A stretch of DNA of 64,000 bases, taken from assembly GCA_014905635.1 (NCBI GenBank), contig JABVCE010000014.1:186001-250000 (forward strand), read 5' to 3'. The notes under the pieces are model-generated. The model had not been told where the DNA came from, did not search any database, and saw nothing but the letters and a program-made list of their open reading frames with translations. Origin of the DNA: Scenedesmus sp. PABB004 (Eukaryota). A program made the position numbers and the translations under genes. The number at the start of each line of letters is the position of its first letter. The stretch's first letter is position 1. Shown piece by piece: positions 61,420-64,000 of this stretch.

Positions 61420-62120
61420 TAGCGCCGGGCGCCGCGCCGGGCGGCGCGCGCCGGCGCCGGAGAGCCGCGAGCGCCGCGTCGTCCGAGCTCGCCGCGCGCC
61501 GTCGGTTGGTCGGCCGACCCGCCTCGCATTGGGGCCACGGCCTGGCAGGAGGGGCCCACAGCACTGCCTGTACATTTCACAGCTGACCGCGCGCACGCGC
61601 TGACAACCACAACAACAACACGGACGGGACGGGGGAGCGCACGCTGCGCGTGCGGCGCCGCGGTCGTCGCGGCGGCGGGGGGCGAGGGGCCGCTTAGGGG
61701 CGCGCGCGCGGTGGCTGCGCAAGCCACGCTGCGGCGGCGCCTGGGCGGGGCTCTTGCGGCGGCGCGGCGCGCGGGGCTGGGAGCTGGCCGGCGCGGTCGG
61801 CGCTGCAGCAGGCACGGTGACCGCATGTCACACGCAGCGCCGCGCCCCACGCTGCTGCCCGCGCGAGCCCCCCAAGCCGCCGTCGGTCGGCGTCAGGAAG
61901 GCCTGCCAGGCCGGTCAGGCAGGCCGGTCAGGTCGGTCAACGCCAAAACAGGTCAGGTCAGGCCCCTCCGCCCCGCCCCTCGCGCGCACGCGCCCGCCCG
62001 CCGCCGCTGCACCCGCAGTAGCAGCCGCCCCTGCCGGCGCGCCGCGCCTGGCGCGCCCGGCCGGCGGCACGCAGGCGCCGCCGCCGGCGCGCCGCGCCCG
62101 GCGCGGCCCCGGGGCCGGGG

Positions 62121-62249
62121 TCAGTCGCCCCACGCGTCCCGCTCGTGTGGCTCGCCCTCCTTGATGATGCTGTGCTCCTGGGCGTAGCGCCCCAGGCGCT
62201 CCATGAAGCCGCCGCCTGGGGAGGGGGGGGGGGCGGCGTATGTGTGTGT

Positions 62250-62280
<31 letters not shown>

Positions 62281-63181
62281 TGCGTGCGTGCGTGCGTGTG
62301 TGTGTGTGTGTGTGTGGGGGGGGGGGGGGGGTCGTGAGGAGCGCCGGCAGCAGCGGCGGCGGCAACGGCGCGCGCGCGCGCGGCGCGCCGCGGCGGCAGA
62401 GCTGGCTGGGCAGCCGGCCGCGCGCCGCGCGCCGCGCCGCACCCTCGGGCGGGCCGGGGCCGTCGGGCAGCTCGTACTCTGGCAGCATCGCGTCGGGCGG
62501 GACCTCGGCAAACTGCACGCCCGGCGCGGCGCCGAGGTGGCGCAGGTTCTCCAGCACCTCCACGCGCATGCGCTCCACGTACTGCGCGCGGCGGCGGCGG
62601 CGGCGGCGGCGCGGCGGGCAGGCGGCGGCGGCGCGGGGGCGTGGGCGCTCGCGGGCGGCGCGCGCTCGCGGGCGGCGCGCGGGCGCGGCCGTGCTGCTGC
62701 CCGCTGCCCGTCGCTCCACCTCCCTCCCTGTCCTGAAACCAGGCCTCGCGCAGCCCGCGCCCGCCCGCCTTTGTGCCCCCCCCCCCGCCGCGCCCCGTGC
62801 CGCTGCCGCGCGCACGTCCTTCTTGTTGCAATCGTCCATCACGCGGTGCGCGGCGACGTTGAGGCTGTAGTCGGGCGCAAAGTACCTGCGGGCGGGCGGT
62901 TCAGGGGCGGTTTAGCGGCGGGGCGACGCGGGGCGGCAGGGTTCAGGGCGCGGCGCGCGGGGCGCGGGAGGGCGCGGCGCGCGGCGCGGGAGGGCGCGGG
63001 GCGCGGCGCGCTGCGGTGCGCGCGTCGCGCGTGCGCGGCGGGCGGGCGCTCACTCGTGGTAGTGCGTCTCTGGCAGCTCCTCGTGCACGCGCGCGCCGAC
63101 CAGCAGCGCTGTCTCGTACGTCCAGCACCTGCGCGACGGCACCGGCACCGGCGGCGGCGCGGCCGGCTCAGCTCCCCCGCC

Positions 63182-63215
<34 letters not shown>

Positions 63216-63779
63216 GCCCTCCCGCCCCCGTCCCGCCCCCGTCCCCGCCGGCTCGCCGCAGCAGCCCCGCGCCCCCGCGCCGCCGCCCTCCCCTCCCCCC
63301 CCCCTTCTCCCCCCGCGCCGCACCGCGCGACGTTGTGCTTGGTGTAGCCGCCGCCGCCCGTGACGAGCATGGGGACGCCAAAGCCCTTCATAAAGCTCAC
63401 CGCCTCGCCGTGGCCCTTCATGCTCAGGTTGAAGCACCCCAGGCGGTCGTTCGCGAGCGAGTCGGCGCCTGCGCGCGCGTGGGGTGTGTGCGGGCGCGTG
63501 GGTGTGTGGGTGTGAGCGCGCGCGCGCGGCGGCGGGAGCGCGCCGCCAGCAGCCCCAGCCGCGCCCCGCTCGCGCCGCCGCGATGCACCCGCCCGCCCGC
63601 CCGCCCGCCCGCCCGCCCGCCCGCCCGCGCCGCGCCCAGCCCGCGCCTCGCCCCGCCCGCGCCCCGCCCGCGCGCCCGCACCGCACTGCATGACCACCGC
63701 GCCGGGCTGGAACGTCTCCATGACCTTGGCCATGATGGGCTTGAACAGGCCGTGGAAGGTGCGGTCGTCGGTGCCGTCC
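62121..63779 (-). CDS. Class I (RPD3-family) histone deacetylase, HDA9/HDAC3-like, 3' exons; gene continues off the right edge
   Basis: [86 protein letters not shown]. Confidence 0.95.
62223..62335. repeat. G-runs and (GT)n microsatellite in the last HDAC intron
   Basis: Directly visible. Confidence 0.9.
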
Positions 63780-64000
63780 TGCGCGCGGGGCGTGCGCCCG
63801 GGGCGTGCGTCGGGGGCGTGCGCGCGCGCGCGCGCGCGTGGGTGCTTGTGTGCGCGTGTGTGCTTGTGTGCGTGGGCGGGGAGGCAGCGGCAGGGGCGCA
63901 CGAGCAAGCACACAAGCCAACGCTCCATCAGACGCACAAGCAGACGCGCAAGCAAACGCGCAAGCGAGCGCAAGCAAACGGAGAACGGGGCCTGCCCCGC

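Overview
Very GC-rich eukaryotic nuclear DNA (roughly 75-80% GC by eye) from a chlorophyte green alga. The assignment rests on spliceosomal introns, TGTAA poly(A) signals and plastid-targeted proteins; the style resembles Sphaeropleales, but the species cannot be determined. Most entries in the supplied ORF track are GC artefacts, so the genes were rebuilt exon by exon. In order: starch synthase (5' part), a CKAP2-C-like orphan, plastid SufB, WDR75/UTP17, a coiled-coil orphan, EMC3, eIF1A, BBS9, MAD2, a small orphan, a frameshifted ankyrin-repeat gene, a START-domain gene, MnmE, a two-RRM protein, an OPR-like helical-repeat protein, PPCDC/HAL3, an alpha/beta hydrolase, tRNA-Gly(GCC), ARP6, an LRR-like gene, DNA polymerase iota, a RING-Tudor-BRCT (BRCA1/BARD1-like) gene, a small membrane protein and the 3' part of a class I HDAC. 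Main oddities: (1) the tRNA-Gly gene has L1-type retrotransposon remnants on both sides, each with its 5' end facing the tRNA; the younger one has a fold-back 5' junction and a nested 40-bp retro-insert with an 11-bp target-site duplication (TSD). (2) Twice, the spacer of a divergent gene pair is duplicated as a direct repeat with an extra gene between the copies; in one case the second copy has lost the ATG and now leads into the Pol iota gene. (3) GC-AG introns are very frequent (3 of 7 in SufB, 4 of 8 in MnmE). (4) A palindromic 34-bp insertion breaks the ankyrin gene. (5) The BRCA1/BARD1-like protein carries a Tudor-like domain.
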